A DNA stretch of 64,000 nucleotides from Azolla caroliniana (lineage: Eukaryota; Plantae; Polypodiophyta). The notes under the pieces are model-generated. The model ran no database searches and was not told the DNA's origin. It worked only from the letters and a program-made list of their open reading frames with translations. The translations under genes and the position numbers were made by a program. Within the stretch, counting starts at the first letter, position 1, and each line of letters opens with the position of its first letter. The DNA is taken from the NCBI GenBank assembly GCA_043228905.1, contig JBHGNT010000008.1:5084001-5148000 (forward strand), given 5' to 3'. Positions 11,766 to 25,264 of this stretch are shown here, in pieces.

Positions 11766-13272
11766 TCATCGTAGCCGAAATCTCACTTTCTCTCTTCTTG
11801 GCACGTACCGGAGGACGTGCGGTTTGGTGGGGGTGGATGTCGTGAAGATTTTCGGCAATAGTGTGAAAATCCCATAAAACGTACGAAATCGAGTATGAAT
11901 CACATAATACAATAATTGTGAAGATAACATTTTAAATAAATTTAATATCTAAGTACAAAATGATGGAGGTTTCGAATGCACTTTATTACACGAGAAACGG
12001 ACAACTAAATGTCAAGATATGAGGGTATAAAGATTGTGAAAGGAAAAGAGAAAATTGTGAGATATGCCACATAGGCACGACAAATACGGCTCTCATCATA
12101 TATAAGGTAGAGCAAAAGATATTATCTTTGTGTCTATGTGAGGAGCACACATGTTCCGGAGACTTGGGCAGTTCAAGCCGACGTGGCAACGTGAGACCCA
12201 AGAGATGGATGGTGGTGTTACCCATGTAGGACACTCCATCTAGAGACTTGGGCAGTTGCGTTGAGAACCAACGTGGGACCCAAGAGACAGATGGTAGGAA
12301 AGGAAGGTAAAATAATTAGAATGTAAAAGGGGGGGTTATGAAATTAAGAAGAAGAAATTCGTTATCAAATTGATGGTGTAACTTGTTTCTTAAATCTAAA
12401 GTTAAAAGTTCAATCAATCTCTCTCAATCGTGTGATCTCAACTTCTCTCTTTCCCAATCTATCTTAAGTACTTTCTCGCTAAAGCTTGCGCCAAAGCTTG
12501 TACCGACTTTGAATCCTTCCGGTCCAAAACCCCGGCGGTTCCGCCTCACGATCCGCGCGTAGTGACGGATCTTCACGACACCGGTCCCGGATGATATACA
12601 TCCCTAATATTTGTCTTGCCAAACCCAAGTCTTTCATTGAGAAGGTCCGGTTCAGAGCCTTCTTCATCGTCTGTATCTTGACTTGGTCTTGTCCGACGAT
12701 CAACATGTCGTCCACATACATGAGGAGTATCAGGAAGTCTCCACCTTCAAACTTCTTCACAAACACGCAGTGATCGGCCTATGTTTTGTGGTATCCTTGA
12801 TCCATCATGAAGGAATCGAACTTCCGGTACCATTGTCGGGGAGCCTGCTTCAAACCGTAGAGGCTCTTCTTCAACCGACAAACCAGGTGCTCCTTCCCAT
12901 TCTTCACAAATCCCTCCGGTTGCTACATGTAGATCTCCTCTTCGAGGTCGCCATGGAGGAACATTGTCTTCACGTCTAACTGCTCTACCTTGAGGTCCAT
13001 GCTCGCCGCTATACTCAGCACCATCCGGATGGAAGCCATCTTTACTACTGGGGCAAATATCTCGTCAAAGTCCACACCCTTCTTCTGCTGGAACCCCTTT
13101 ACCATGATCCTGGCTTTGTATCTCAGGGGGTTGCCGGCATCTCCCAGTTTTAGCTTGTACACCCACTTGTTTCGAAGTGCCCTCTTTCCTTTCAGCAACT
13201 CCACCAATTCATACGTGTGGTTCTCATGCAGGGAATCCATCTTTTCCTGCATGGCACTCAACCACTTGCGGC

Positions 13273-16200
13273 TGTCAGGAACAGTACTAAGACAGAGAAG
13301 GAATTAGTACTAAGAGAATTATTAGTACTAAGAGAGGTGAAGAACTCTCGAGAGAAGGAAAGAGTGAGTGAGAGGGATGGAGAGAGAGAGAGAAAGAAAG
13401 AAAGATATATATATATATAGAGAGAGAGAGAGAGTGATGATAAGAAAAGATATATATTATGTGAAGAGAATGTACAGTAGTAGCTAGGAGGCTTAAGACT
13501 GGCGTTGAACCGATTTGGTTCGAAATAATGCCTTGTGCCTCCTTTTATAGTATTCTGAGGAATACTCCTGAAGTTTCTAGAATGTTCTAGAGAAATCTAG
13601 AATATACATCAATTTTCTATAATAAAACATAAATGAAAATAATATTTTACGTATTACATTGTATGGTCTAATGGTCAAGAGCTCGACCCATGTAGCATAA
13701 GGTCATGGGTTCGAGTCATGCCATATCATGACACTATCCCCTTTTTAAAACGACGAGTGTCACGAGTTGTTTTGGATTGAGGACCCGGTTTGTCTGGATA
13801 TTGACAATGGAAGTCTTGAAGAAGAGCACGAGCATTGATCACATTCTCTATCGGTTCCCAAGTACGCTCACTAGGACTATATCCTAGCCAATCGACTAGA
13901 TAGTAGAGCTTGTTGTGAACAATCTTGGAATCAAGGATGGCGGCAACCTCGTACTCAGGTCCATCTTCAAGCTCGATTGGGGGTGAGGTTGTGTAATACG
14001 TCCTGGGATGGTGTTCTCTTGGTAGGGTTCGAGGAGAGAACTATGAAACACCGGATGTATCCGAAGTTGCGGAGGTAGATCGAGACGAAAAGTGACATCA
14101 TTAATCTTTCCTATAATACGGAAAGGACCTAATCGTCGATAGTCCAATTTCTCACATGGGCGAGTAGTCTTGATGTGTCGTTGTAGTAGCTATACCCGAT
14201 CTCCAATGTTAAAACTGGATGGAAGTCGATGACGATCCGCATAAACCTTGTGTGTTTGTTGAGCTTGTTGGAGATGAGTAGATAAATTGGCTTGTATCTT
14301 GCGTAACCGCTCTAAACGATCCTCTGCGCAAGGATTTGTGGACAACTCTGGGGTTTCAAATACACACCAGCGGGGGTGAGAACCCGTATAAGCATAAAAT
14401 GGCGTAACTTTAGCCGATGCGTGGACAGAGTTATTGTAGGAAAATTCGGCAAAGTGGAGAATATCTACCCAGTCATCCTGATGATAGCTTAGAAAGCACC
14501 GAAGATACTGCTCCAATGTTTGATTTGTTCATTCTGCTTGGCCATCCGTTTGTGGGTGGTGGCCGGAGGAGAGGTTACACGTGACCTTGAGCATTTTAAA
14601 AAAGTGCTTCCAAAAATTCAATACAAACTGGGGTCCACGGTTGTTGATGATACTATCGGGAAGGCCATGATGCCGACATACTTCACGCATGACAATTTCA
14701 GCGGTTTCTTCACTAGATATTTCCTTAGTGCATGGCAAGAAATGAACTATCTTCGTATATCGATCTACGATTGTTAGAATCGCATTGAACCCCTTAGAGA
14801 CTGGAAGATCTGTGATGAAGTCTAGAGCAATGGATTGTCATGGCTTGCTTGGAATTGGTAATGGTTCTAATAAACCATATGGATGATGCCTTGGCATTTT
14901 TGCTCTGCAGCATGTATCACAAGTCCAAACAAAATCTTTGACAAATTGTCGCATATAGGGCCACCAAAATGATCGTTGTACTAAATCTAATGTTTTAGTA
15001 CTACCAAAATGCCCAGCTATATATGTGTCATGACAGTTTTGGACTACTCGAAGGTGGCAAGAACCATTAGGAACATACAAGAGTTCATTAAAGAATAGTA
15101 ATCCATCATGGTATTTGAATTGCCGATAGTCCGTACCTGGTGGTTGCAACTATGAACAAGATGCTCGAGAGGGACAAATTGTGCTAGAATGGCTTGGGCG
15201 AAAGCATCGGTCTTCAAGTCCTCACGTATAGTATCGATAACGTGGGAATCCATTGGCATGCCAAAGACCTGTGTTGCTTGCAGTCGTGTCGGTCCCAAGA
15301 TTACTTGCTTTTGGTTATCAAAAGTTGGCTCGCCAGGACGCGGTGCTAGGTACAAACGTCGTGATAATGCATTTGCCTTCCCTTGGTGCTTCCCCGGATG
15401 ATATGTAATTTTGAAGTCGAAACGCGTGAGGAAGTGGGCCCACCGAGCTTGACGTCGATTTAACACACAAGCGTCCTAAAAGTAGGCAAGGTTTTTGTGG
15501 TCACTGAATACGGTGACTTGATGAGAGGATCCCTCTAGAAAATGCCTCCATTGTGTAAAAGAGTCCACTATTGCCAATAGCTCCTTATCATGAATTTCGT
15601 AGTTGATTTCGGCAGCGTCAAACTTGCGTTAGTGAAAAGCCACAGGATGTAGCTTCTCGTCATTACCCCGTTGTGACAGAATGCTCCCCAATGCGAAATC
15701 CGATGCGTCTGCTTCAATAATGAATTGTTTTTTCGGATCGACATGAGCTAGAATTGGAGCCGATGTAAATGCCTTTTTAAGACTCTCGAAAGCCATGTCC
15801 ACTTCTTTAGACCAAACGAACGATTGTCCCTTTCTGGTAAGCTGTGTGAGAGGCAGAATGAGCTTTGAGTAATCATGTATGAACTTCCGGTAAAAATTGG
15901 CAAAGCCTAAAAAGCATTGCACATCTCGCACCAAAAGTGGAGTCTGCCACTCTACCACAGTTTTGACCTTAGCTAGGTCCATCGAGATGCCTCCCGAGGA
16001 AATGACATAGCCCAGAAATTCCACCTGGTTGCACCCAAAACTACATTTTTCTAGCTTTGCATAAAGACCATGTTCTCAAAGTCGTTTTAGTACTAACAGT
16101 ACATAAGATCATGTTCTTCCTGGGTCTTCGAACAAACCAATAGATCATCCAAATAGATGATCAAACAAACATCCAAGAGATCTCGGAATATATCATTTGC

Positions 16201-19200
16201 CATGTGTTGGAAGACTATTGGCGCATTAGTGAGGTCGAACGGCATGACTGTATACTCGAAGTGCCCATATCTGGTGCGAAACGTTGTTGTGTGGTTTTTC
16301 ACACACGATATGAAAACTAGTAAAATAATTATTTACGATTAGCTTAATATATGGATATGGAAAGATAGATGTGTTAAAGAGCTTCATAGCGTATTTTACT
16401 ACGCATAAAACGGATAAACAAGTATCAAGTTATGTGAGTGTGAAGTTTGAAGAAAAGAAAAGAAAAGACAAAATTGTGAGATATCCCACATAGATAGGAC
16501 AACATTGGAACCCAGAATATATAAGGGAAACCAAAACATATTCATTCTATCAATGTGTGGAGCATAGGATGTTCAAGGTGACTTGGGCTACACTATGTGG
16601 TGTGCACGCTTCGGGCGTACACGCGTGTGCATGGCCACGTGGACGTCTTCGGAAGTACGCACGTGTGCAAGTTTCGGGCGTACGCGTGGATGTTTCGGAT
16701 GGATACGTATGTGCGGACGGGTGAGCGATCGCATGCGTGGACATTTCAGATGGACGCGTATGTGCGGCGCGGATGCGTGTGTGCGTACGTGCGCATGCGT
16801 GGATGCGTATACGGTGTGGGTTGGACACGCGTGCGCGTGGATGCATACACTACGGCGTGGTCGGGACGTGCCCATGCGTGGATGCGTACACTACTACATG
16901 GTCAAGACTTTTGCGCGCTGTCACGTCTACAGTTTGGTTGCGACGCACGTACGGATTGCGCACGGGCTAAACTTTACAGATGATTGTGTCATTTGGCCGA
17001 ATTATACGGACAATCACATGCAACCAAAAGCCAAGGCCATGCAACTAAAAGTAAAAGGCATGCATCTAAAAATGGAAGCATGCAACTAAAAGCAGAGGCC
17101 ATCCAACTAAAAGTGGGCATGCAAAGTAACATTGGGGAGGAGGATCAACGAGGAGCTCGATATATGTCCCATTTTTTCCCTCCTAGTTTTTTTTTTCCCC
17201 TTTTTTTTTTCTTCTTCCCTCTCGGATTCGAGAAACAAATTATCTCACATATTGATATCAAACTCCTAGCTTGGTTTTACTTGATCTTTTCTAGTAAAAA
17301 ATTATCTCTCGTATTCAGGTCGGACCACTCCTTGCATGGTTGTTGGCTCCTTTCTTTGAAAATTTAATCTCTCATTTCCATACCCAACCCATTGTAACAC
17401 GATTCTGAAATTATAAAGAATCGATTTTCTTTTGCAATAACCTAATGATTTTTCTCTTCCACTTGTCTTATGCTTAAAACTTGCTTGTGTTGTTCGTGTT
17501 GCATTAAATCCTTCTAGTCCAGAACCCCGGTGGTTCCGTCTCACGATCCGCACATAGTGACGGATTTTCACGACAACGCGGTCTTCCATTCATCTCTTGG
17601 TCGGATCCATACGAGGTTATAGGCTCCCTGTAAGTCGATCTTCATGAAGAACCTGGCACTATTGATCCGTTCTAAAAGACTTGAGATAAGGGGAAGTGCA
17701 TACCTATTTCTGATTGTCACCTTATTCAAGCCACGATAATCTACAACGAGACGAAGTGATCCATCCTTTTTCTTGACGAAGAAAATGGGTGCGTTGGCTG
17801 GAGATTTCGAATGCCGAATGAAACCATTTTCATAATTCTCCTCTATATAGGCTCACAGGACTTCTAGCTCGGTTGGTGACAAATTGTAGATTGGTCCCCA
17901 TGGTGGCTCTTTCCCCGGTTGTAAATCGATGGGGCAATCATACGGTCGATGGTGAGGAAGCGTATTGGCTTGTACTTTATCAAACACATCGGCATAATGA
18001 TGATACTTCTTTGGAAGTTGAACAGTGGACTCCTCTTTAATGGTGTCTGAGGGCTTTACTGATATTGTGAAGAGAAACATTTCTTCCTTGCGTCCTTCTT
18101 CCCGCAACTAATGTAGCAAAATGGTTGCAATCTCATGAGTAGACCCTCGGGCTCTTCGATACCGAATTTCTCTTGTTCTCCAATCTATGTTTGGGTTATG
18201 TAATTCGAACCATGGTAATCCTAAAACAATGGGTTGTTTTGGGATGCTAATTATATTAAATGATACTACACATGCTAGATTATCTAGGACAATATTAACG
18301 GGCTCTGACTCTTCTATGATATTTCCAGAAGCAATGGGACGACTATCAATGACTACTACAGAGGCTGGACACGGGATTTTCTGAGTGATATTTGATGAGC
18401 TTGGGCAAAGTTCCTATCCATGAAGCAAGAATTAGCTCCGGAATCTAGAAGTGCTAAGACATGTACTGGAGGGGTACTTTTAGTACTAACTGTTACTTGG
18501 GCTATGAACACATTGCTAACTTGCTTAGAGGAAATGGAACCACTAATGGGCTGCACAGATCTAGGGTTGTCCAACCAAACGACTCCTATTTTGGCTGACT
18601 TAGTCATTTAACTCTTCTTCTAACTAACTAAGGACATCAAATTTGTTCGCTAGATTTGGGCTATTAGTACTATTAGGACTATCAGATATCCCTACTGAAA
18701 TAGACTCGAGTTTAGTACAGTCAGAACTAGCAACTATTTGGTTTACCTACCTTCTTGGCCTATGGGGACAGTTTACTGCGATATGCCCTGGTCCACCGCA
18801 ATAAAGACATAGTTGGTTTGCTCGACGTCATTGCTTTTCTTCTTCCGATAGCGGTCCATGATGACGTGTGGTGTCAATTTCCATCGGAGTTGGAGTACTT
18901 ACTGGAGGCGCATTATATGACTCCCTCGAAAAAGGTTTCACTACCAAGGAGGCGTAGGTAGGCTATGATCTTGCCCTTGGAATCTACAATTGTCGTTCCG
19001 AACGTCGTTCGAAGAGGCGGTTGTCGCATCTCACCGCACGACTGATTGCTTCTGTTAATGACTTTGGCTCTTCGGGCAAGGTCAAGAGTAAATCCTTGAC
19101 ATCGTTGCGTAAGCCATAACGAAATTGCTCCATCAATGCGTGATCATCCCAAGGGATATTGATAGCGAGTAGGCAGAAATCTGCAGCGTATGCGGAGGCT

Positions 19201-20261
19201 GGATGGTCACCTTGGCGTAATCGCCGAATTTTGTTGATTGCAGTCCTTATGTTGTCAGTATCTCCAAAACAAGCCTTAAACTCACTTATAAATTCTTCAA
19301 AACTGTTTAGTAATGGAGATTCCTTTTCCAACAATGGAGCAAACCATGCTAACAATGAGCCACTAAGGAGAGTGCCTACTAATCCCACTCGTGATGCATC
19401 GGTGGGATATCGAGAAGGATGCATTTGTATCACGAAACGTACCTAATTCAAAAACCCTCTAAACTGTGATCGGGTCCCATCAAATTTTGCAGGAAGACTA
19501 AACTTGGGTTCTTTGTGAATCCCTTGAGTGCTTGATCCTTGTTGTTGTAATGATACGATAGTCGCTTCGAGTTGTTGTACATGTAACGTCAGCTCCCCAT
19601 GTTGTTGTTTTTCCAGTGCTATTTGTTGAAGATCCCCCAACAAACGATGATTTTCTTGTTCTAGTGCTAAAAATTTCTCTTTTAAGCATTAGAGCTCCGA
19701 GAAAACAGATTGGTATTCCTGAGCGCTAATAGTTTCCATTTTACTAGGGAGGATAAGAGGATTAATAAGAAGATAAAAGGAAGAGGAGGAAAGGAGGAGG
19801 AGGAAGGAAGAACGACCAAAATCGGTTCAAATTATCAGGAACAGTACTAAGACAGAGAAGGAATTAGTACTAAAAGAAGTATTAGTACTAAGAGAGGTGA
19901 AGAACTCTCGAGAGAAGGAAAGAGTGAGTGAGAGGGAGAGAGAGAGAGAGTGAGTGAGTGAGTGATGATAAGAAAAGATATATATTATGTGAAGAGAATG
20001 TACAGTAGTAGCTAGGAGGCTTAAGACTGGCGTTGAACCGATTTGGTTTGAAATAATGCCTTGTGCCTCCTTTTATAGTATTCTGAGGAATACTCTTGAA
20101 GTTTCTAGAATGTTTCAGAGAAATCTAGAATATACATCCATTTTCTATAATAAAACATAAATGAAAATAATATTTTATGTATTACATTGTATGGTCTAAT
20201 GGTCAAGAACTCGACCCATGTAGCATAAGGTCATGGGTTCGAGTCTTGCCATATCATGACA
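13273..20261 (-). mobile_element. Tcn1-like chromovirus copy 3, full length but decayed; LTRs 13273-13733 and 19833-20261
   Basis: gag/PR/RT/RH/INT/chromodomain fragments with stops and frameshifts; PPT next to the left LTR; degenerate TSD GCGGC/ATGGC. Confidence 0.92.
16285..17575 (+). mobile_element. Solo LTR (~1.29 kb) related to the Trp-primed gypsy family, inserted in RT of copy 3
   Basis: TG...CA ends; last ~60 bp match 5955-6014; 4-bp TSD ACGT/ACGC; host RT (KTAF|RTRYG) rejoins on removal. Confidence 0.88.
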
Positions 20262-22908
20262 ATGGCTATGGGTGTTATCCTTCGCGTCTTCGAAGCTTTC
20301 TTGCTCCCCCTCATCGGTCAGCAACACACGTTCTGCATCCGGAAATCTCCGGGGGGCACTTCTTTCCCGGAGAGGATATCTCCATCCTCGGTTTTCGGTA
20401 ATTGGCTCTTGTGTCTGTTCTTCATCTAAATCTGATTCAGGGTCTTGTTCGGTTTTGGTTTGAGCTTCCTCTCCTTCTTCTACCGGTTCGGTATCCTCAC
20501 TGTAACTGGCTGGTTCTTCGAGTGTCAACCGGCTCTTAGCCGGGTAGGTCTGAATCTCATCAAACCGATCCTTAGCAGTCGACTCAAAGTTCATTATCTT
20601 CTTCTCCAACTCCCAATCGGCAAGGGTCTTGTCCTCCATAAAGATAATATCTCGACTCTGGAAAACCTTCTTGTCGACCGGATCCCACACTCTCTACAAC
20701 GTGTCTCCGTCCAAGGGTACTGAGGGTGATCTGTTTATCACGTACGTCGTTGTCGTCAACACCTCAACCCAACACATCTTGGGTAGCTTAGCATGTGCTA
20801 GCATACTCCAAACCCACTCCATTATGGTCCGGTTCATCCTCTCGGCCAGCCCATTGAGTTCCGGCGTCTTCGGCACGGTAAATTCGAGCCGGATTCCCTT
20901 TGAGCGGCAATACTCCTCAAACTTCCCCCGGTATTCTCCTCCGTTATCTGCTCGAACCGCCTTCAGCTTCCGGCCGGTTTCTCTTTCCACTCTCGCGTGG
21001 AGCTCCTTGAAGACAGATAACACCTGATCCTTCGTCTTCAGCGGTGTGGCCCATAGCCTCTGGTTGTGGTCATCTATGAACTTCACGAAATATTGTGCTC
21101 CGGCATGTGACTTCGTGTCTACTTGACACACATCAGTATGCACCAACTCTAGTGGTGCATTACGTCTCATCGGTGGCCTTGATCAGAAGGAGGTCCGGTT
21201 CTGCTTACCGGCCAGGTAGTCGGTGCACTTCTCAAGTTGCATGTTCTTCACCGGAATGAGGTTGTCATCGACAAGCCTCTTCATCCCCTTCACGCTCATG
21301 TGACATAGTCTCTTGTGCCACAACTCACTGGCAGTGTCGAATGCCACGTTCACTTCTTCCGAGCATAACCGGGCATTCATCAGGTACAGTGCGTTGACTT
21401 TCTGGGCCCGAGCAACTATTAGGCTCCCTTTGCTGAACTTCATAACATCGTTCCAGATGCTACCCGTGTAGCCTTCATCATCTAGCCGGCCGACTGATAT
21501 CAGGTTCAGTCGAACCTCCGAAACGTGTCAGACATCCTTCAGCAGCAACTTGCATCCGGTTGGTGTTGTCAGCCACACGTCTCCTATGCTAACAATTCGG
21601 CACGTACCTTCATTCCCCATCCGAACACAGTCGTGCTCACCGGCTGTGTAGGATGAGAAGCATTTCCGGTCCAGGGCCAGGTGGAAAGACACTCCAAAAT
21701 CAACAACCCACGTTGTCTCATCGCCGACAAGGTTCAACTCGCTCTCCTCGGTGATGAGCATCAACTCTTCTTCACTTGTCGTCTGGTCTGGTCCTCTCTG
21801 GTCTTTACCATTCCGGTCTGGTGACCGCTTTGAATCGGCATTGTCGGTTTCCTTCTCTTTCCGAAAATGTCGACAGTTCTTCTGGAAGTGTCCAAGCTTG
21901 CCGCAATAGAAGCAAGTAGGCCTCCCCCTTGACTTTGACCGTGTCCCTGACTTTTCCCAGTTCTAGGGACCACGGTTCCTTTGTCTTCCGCATTCCGATT
22001 CGGTAAGGAGTGCTTTGGAGTCAAAGCTCGTATCCTTGTCTTTCCGATGTGCTTCCTCATCTAGCAAGCTCGACTTGACCCTTGCTAGGGATAGCTGTTT
22101 TCCTTCCGGCCAAGTGTTGCCCAACGTGACAACCAACGTCTCCCAGCTATCTGGGAGGGAACCAAGCAGGAGTAGAGCAAGTACCTCATCGACGAGAGGT
22201 ACTTCCAGCGAGGTTGCTTGGTGTATCAATCCTTGGAAGGCATTCATGTGTTCTGCCATACTGGAGCCATCTCGGTACCGGAGCCTCACTAGTTTCCGGA
22301 ATACCGAAACCCGATTAACAACATTTTTGTTCTGAAACATAATGTTGATCTTCTCCCAGAGCTCATGAGCCTTACTCTCCTCATTAAAGTTGTTGTACAA
22401 GTTCATGTCGATGAAGCACCGTATGTACATCGTTGTCTTCATGTGCATCACTTCCCATATCGTGACATCGATCTTGTCCGGTCTCTTGTCCCCGAACTGA
22501 ACCGGCAACCAGAGATCTTTAACCACGAGCATGTCCCTCATCTTCGACTTCCACACTTAGTAGTTGGAGCCAATGAGCTTGAACATGCCTCCCAACGAAT
22601 CTTCCATTTTCTATGTCGTTTCGCTTTGATACCAGATTGACACGAATATGCGGAATAATCTTCGGCCACAACCGAGACTTTGTTCACTTAACGATAATTA
22701 AACACAGAAGAAATGGGAAATGGAAGTAAGTACACAAACAGAAGAGAATGCACAGGATGTTATCGTGGAAAACCCTAAACGGGAAAAACCATGGGAATTC
22801 ACAAACTCCAACTATCACTATGTCGAGTGGAATACAACAGGCAAGCACGGAGGCAACGACCTCATGCTCACAATCTTTGCCTTGCGGCGATTACAACAAA
22901 GACTCACT

Positions 22909-22911
<3 letters not shown>

Positions 22912-22975
<64 letters not shown>

Positions 22976-22980
22976 TCTCT
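22912..22980. repeat. (CT)n microsatellite in copia A LTR
   Basis: Direct reading. Confidence 0.9.
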
Positions 22981-23509
22981 CCCTCTGCTACACTCTGTAC
23001 AACAGTTAGACCAATCACTCTATACAGAATAATGACAACACAATGATACACACACAGAGATCAAGAGTTTGCCCTAGGTCATATTTATACTAATATGACT
23101 TTCGGGCTATTTACAAATATAGCCCCAATGGGCTCTCTAGAACATATTTACATATATGTCCCTTCATCTGGTGAGAGGTTTTCACCGGGCTTGCAACATC
23201 CGGTTCTCACCGGGTCTTCCTTGCCGGGTACTCATCATCCAGTTCTTACCGGGCCTACATCATCCGGTTCTCACCGAGCCTTCATCATCCCATCCGGAGG
23301 GACCGAAATCCTAACACTATCTTGCTTCTTAAATCATACTTTGTCTCTATCTTATTTCTTGAATCATACATTGTCTCTTATCTCTTATCTATGTTCATCT
23401 ATCTCTCGCACAATACTTCTAACTCTTGTTCTTCCTATCCTTAATCTTTCTAACATTGATGCACAAGCCTTATAAATATATATAGCCAACTCCTTTTAAC
23501 CTTAGTCCC

Positions 23510-23792
23510 TGCGACTTCACCACACGAACCACAACTACCCCGACAACATGTTAATCTTCCGGGGTCGAGCCATGATCAAGCTTCCTTTGTTGAATTTCAT
23601 GACTCAATTCCGGATGCTACCGATGTAGCTTTCATCATCCAGTCGACTGGCTGATATTGGGTTCAACCGAACCTCCGGAACGTGTCAGACATCTTTCAAC
23701 AACAACTTGCACCCGGTTGATGTTGTCAGCCACACGTCTCCTATGCCGATAATTCGGCATGCACCTTCATTCCCCATCCAGACACAACCGTG
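23510..23792 (-). pseudogene. Copia protease-region fragment paralogous to 21440-21640
   Basis: MGNEGACRIIGIGDVWLTTSTGCKLLLKDV. Confidence 0.75.
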
Positions 23793-24003
23793 ATCTCTAG
23801 CTCTAGGGTTAAATAGGTACAAAGGGTTAGATACACAAGGGTGCAAGCCCCTTGGGCATTCACACCTAACCACTCACTCACACCTCTTTGTATCCACCAC
23901 ACTTACACTTACATTCACACTCATAATCATATAACATTACACATACATATCAACGCATTACATCTTTCACCCTTACTTATCACACTTATCAATCACCCGT
24001 ACA

Positions 24004-25264
24004 TCTCGTACGGAAACAAATCAAATTATTGAGGACATGCTTTGAGTATACGTTGGTGCAAAACCAACAAAATGGGAACGTTATCTCCCAATTTTGGAGT
24101 TTGTTTATAACAGCTCCAAGCATACGTTGACAGGATATAGTCCTTTTATGTTGATGTATGGTTTTCAGCCATGAGCCCCGATTGATGTTAATATACATCA
24201 TGATGAGTTGCGAAGTATGCAAAACTTTCTTTAGGATATGCAAGATATGTTGCATATTGCACAAGATAATATAAAAATAGCTCAAGATAGAGCGTGTTTT
24301 TATGCCGATTGATGTTAATATACATCATGATGGGTTTTTATGCAACCTCATATTCAACCTTGGACAAAAAGTATATTTACGTGTACCTCATAATTCTAAG
24401 ACATTGTCTACGGGTAAGTGCGCTAAGTTAGCCCCACGGTTTTGTGGACCTTTTACAATCCTCAAATGCATTGGTTCATCAACCTATCATCTCGCTCTTC
24501 CTGATGGCATTGAAATCCATCCAGTTTTTCATGTAAGTCATCTAAAAGAACTTCTTGGTTCTGGTGACAATATAGTGACAACAGGAACTCTAGTTACTTT
24601 TGAAGAATTATCTTCTCAACCACATGTACCAGAAAGAATTCTCGATATTAAAACAAAATAATTTACATTCGAAAATAATCTGAGAATTTAAAATAAAATG
24701 GATGGATAAGTCTATAAAAGATGCCACATGGGAACGTGGAAATACTCTTAGAACTAACTTCCCTAACTTTCCATTGCAAGAGTGCAATGTCTTGAAGAGG
24801 GGGGGAGTATGTTATGGGCATGACCATATAATATCCCGTGGTGAGAATTTATGGTAGTATTCTATACACGTGGATAATGTGTGAGGGTTAAACGAGGGTG
24901 TAAAGAAGGGGATGATTACTTTTAATCCTCTGGATTGAGACAACCCATTAGGCCAAGTGTGAACTTGCCTGGGGACCTTAGGTTTGGCTATAAATATGAG
25001 GCCTAGCTACACTCATTTGACACATTATCGACTACGTTGAGACTCTAACAGTGTGGTGGGTCAACTCTTGTAGTGAGCGCGCCAGCACCAAGTACGACTC
25101 GACGCCACGACGTTGGTATAGGATGTCGATCGAGGCTCGAGTCCATCTCTATCCCTTCGCTTGGGGGTGGTTGGGTGGATCGACACCCTTCTATCTCTCT
25201 CTCCTTTCATATTTATCTATCTTTTATCCTTATCATGTGCTTACATTAAATCATAACTCTAACA
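24004..25264 (+). mobile_element. Decayed chromovirus 3' fragment: integrase GPY/F, chromodomain-like tail, PPT and 3' LTR (~24810-25264)
   Basis: KLAPRFCGPF...IHPVFHVS; GAAGAGGGGGGGAG PPT followed by TGTTA; LTR end approximate. Confidence 0.72.

Larger units (their letters stand above)
5272..12580 (+). mobile_element. Full-length non-chromovirus Ty3/gypsy element, tRNA-Trp primed, 4-bp TSD CCGG
   Basis: LTRs 5272-6014 and 11838-12580 (743 bp each, about 8 differences by eye), PBS 6023-6040, PPT 11826-11837, CCGG at 5268-5271 and 12581-12584. Confidence 0.96.
4999..23316 (-). mobile_element. Ty1/copia element A (Tnt1/Tork-like, decayed), host of nested insertions; 5' LTR 22638-23316; coding pieces 20262-22608, 12585-13272, 4999-5271; 3' end outside window
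   Basis: Met PBS TGGTATCAAAGC at 22623-22634; gag WKSKMRDML, GAG-pre-integrase LWHKRLCH, INT, RT (QLDVKT, YVDDML, YVMVCTRPDI) collinear once inserts are removed. Confidence 0.9.

Noticed and set aside
13660-13733. Functional tRNA gene in the LTR
   Set aside because: Anticodon and acceptor stems do not pair and the T stem is weak; reported only as a tRNA-derived promoter-like module
16550-17089. Several overlapping ORFs rich in C/A/R/T/H
   Set aside because: Artefacts of stop-poor low-complexity sequence inside a solo LTR
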